Positions 63,107 through 64,000 of a stretch of DNA of 64,000 bases are shown here, piece by piece. The stretch's first letter is position 1. Every line of letters starts with the position of its first letter. Both the position numbers and the translations under genes were made by a program. The stretch covers positions 13,346-77,345 of the forward strand of contig JASEFX010000008.1 in NCBI GenBank assembly GCA_030018265.1, in the 5' to 3' direction. The stretch is from Candidatus Saccharicenans sp. Its GTDB lineage: Bacteria; Acidobacteriota; Aminicenantia; Aminicenantales; Saccharicenantaceae. The notes beneath the pieces are model-generated. The model did no database searches and was not told the DNA's origin. It worked only from the letters and a program-made list of their open reading frames with translations.

Positions 63107-63694
63107 GTGTGGCTGGTGGTGGGCCTGGGCAATCCGGGCAAAGAGTACGCGAAAACCAGGCATAACGCTGGCTTCCTGGTGGTGCAGCACCTGGCTCGCA
63201 AATGGCAGGCAGAAATAAAGAAGCGAGCTTATTACTCTAAGATTGCCGAGTGCCAGAAGGGTGCCACGAGGGTAGTGCTGGCCCTGCCTCAAACTTTTAT
63301 GAATTTAAGCGGGAAGGCCGTGGCTGCTTTGCTTGCCGGCTATCGGGCAAAACCTGAGAATATGATAGTCATCTATGACGACCTGGATCTCGACCTGGGC
63401 CAGTTAAGATTACGTCCAGGCGGCAGCCCGGGCAGCCACAAAGGGATGAAATCGGTCGTGGAGGCTGCTGGCTCTGAGGAGTTCCCGAGAATCAGAGTGG
63501 GCATCGGGCCAAAGCCTGAAGGGCGGGATGCTGCCGATTATGTGCTCGAAGAGTTCCCGCTGTCCGAGTGGGAAACGCTTCAGCCGGTGCTGGATATGGC
63601 CTGTGAGGCGATAGAAATGATCATCCGCGGGAATATAAACCAGGCGATGAACAGATTTAACAGAAGAAAAACGGTGGCGCCGACTGAGGGTTGA
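63107..63694 (+). CDS. pth: Peptidyl-tRNA hydrolase
   Basis: 195 aa, GTG start. WLVVGLGNPGKEYAKTRHNAGF is the canonical Pth N-terminus. Confidence 0.95.
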   Translation: MWLVVGLGNPGKEYAKTRHNAGFLVVQHLARKWQAEIKKRAYYSKIAECQKGATRVVLALPQTFMNLSGKAVAALLAGYRAKPENMIVIYDDLDLDLGQLRLRPGGSPGSHKGMKSVVEAAGSEEFPRIRVGIGPKPEGRDAADYVLEEFPLSEWETLQPVLDMACEAIEMIIRGNINQAMNRFNRRKTVAPTEG

Positions 63695-63780
63695 TTTTTA
63701 GCTGAAATATTGTAAAATAAGCATTCAACTCCTTGCTCCGGGGCAAAAGTTCCGGGGCTGTTAATCCATAAGGAGGAAAA

Positions 63781-64000
63781 ATGAATCAATACGAAACCGG
63801 TTTTATCGTCGCCCCCAACCTGCCAGAGGAAGAGGTTTCCACTCTGATTAATCAGATGGCCGAGGCGATAGCCAGCAAAAAGGGCCAGATGATTAAAAAA
63901 GATATCTGGGGCAAGCGGAGACTGGCCTATCCGATCAAAAAATTCAATGAGGGTATCTATGTGTTTTTCACCTACGAGGGTGCTCCGGCTGTTCCGGCAG
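63781..64000 (+). CDS. rpsF: 30S ribosomal protein S6 (5' part, truncated by the window end)
   Basis: Hand translation gives MNQYETGFIVAPNLPEEEVSTLINQMAEAIASKKGQMIKKDIWGKRRLAYPIKKFNEGIYVFFTYEG.... SD AAGGAGG lies upstream. Confidence 0.9.
   Translation, partial: MNQYETGFIVAPNLPEEEVSTLINQMAEAIASKKGQMIKKDIWGKRRLAYPIKKFNEGIYVFFTYEGAPAVPA

Noticed and set aside
1-64000. Mobile elements, prophage, CRISPR arrays or known defence systems.
   Set aside because: I saw no transposase, integrase, recombinase, Cas, restriction-modification or toxin-antitoxin-like translations in the ORF track. I noticed no spaced direct-repeat array or inverted terminal repeats while reading the intergenic regions. The only compositional island is dnaN-dnaA, which carries no mobility genes.

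Overview
Chromosomal, origin-proximal window from a diderm (Gram-negative-type) bacterium, probably an anaerobe. By-eye GC is about 50-60%. It holds roughly 70 tightly packed protein genes and one tRNA. I found no rRNA, CRISPR array, transposase, integrase or phage genes.

Layout:
- 31-8427 (-): co-directional string rpmH-rnpA-yidD-yidC-jag-mnmE-mnmG-parA-parB-bactofilin, with a perfect palindromic parS inside the mnmG tail.
- 8.5-12.2 kb: carD, a CNNM/TlyC transporter, smpB, pdxA and an Hfq-like protein.
- 12.3-18.1 kb: HME-RND (CzcCBA/Cus-like) metal efflux operon preceded by a small His/Cys protein.
- 18.4-27.2 kb (-): ECF sigma, anti-sigma, LTXXQ protein, MacA-like adaptor, ABC ATPase, FtsX permease, TolC and a DUF5916 outer-membrane protein.
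- 27.2-32.8 kb: psiE-like, apgM-family enzyme, then amiC, Tat-signal DUF362 and a NapH-like membrane polyferredoxin.
- 32.9-36.4 kb (-): yceD-rpmF, a 442-nt gap, then fabG-acpP-fabF.
- 36.5-39.5 kb: small ORF plus polA. 39.5-40.6 kb: GNAT-like protein.
- 40.9-50.9 kb (+): 12-gene group-4 [NiFe] hydrogenase cluster.
- 50.9-53.7 kb: dnaN-dnaA on a strikingly AT-rich island with DnaA-box-like repeats.
- 53.7-64 kb: rpmB, relA/spoT, a GT9 heptosyltransferase, an FmdB zinc ribbon, a signal-peptide Memo-AMMECR1 fusion, then lolB-like-ispE-tRNA-Gln-prs-rplY-pth-rpsF.

Most notable:
1. The hydrogenase cluster carries homologues of all 11 non-NADH-module complex I subunits but keeps the Ni-Fe ligands.
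2. The dnaA-dnaN block is compositionally foreign and sits about 45 kb from the rpmH...parB cluster.
3. Function-unknown modules: Tat-DUF362 with a polyferredoxin behind amiC, a secreted Memo-AMMECR1 fusion, and DUF5916 appended to an ECF-controlled efflux operon.
4. Near-consensus sigma-70 promoters recur 6-11 nt upstream of start codons, implying leaderless mRNAs.

All calls come from reading the translations and DNA by eye. No database searches were run.
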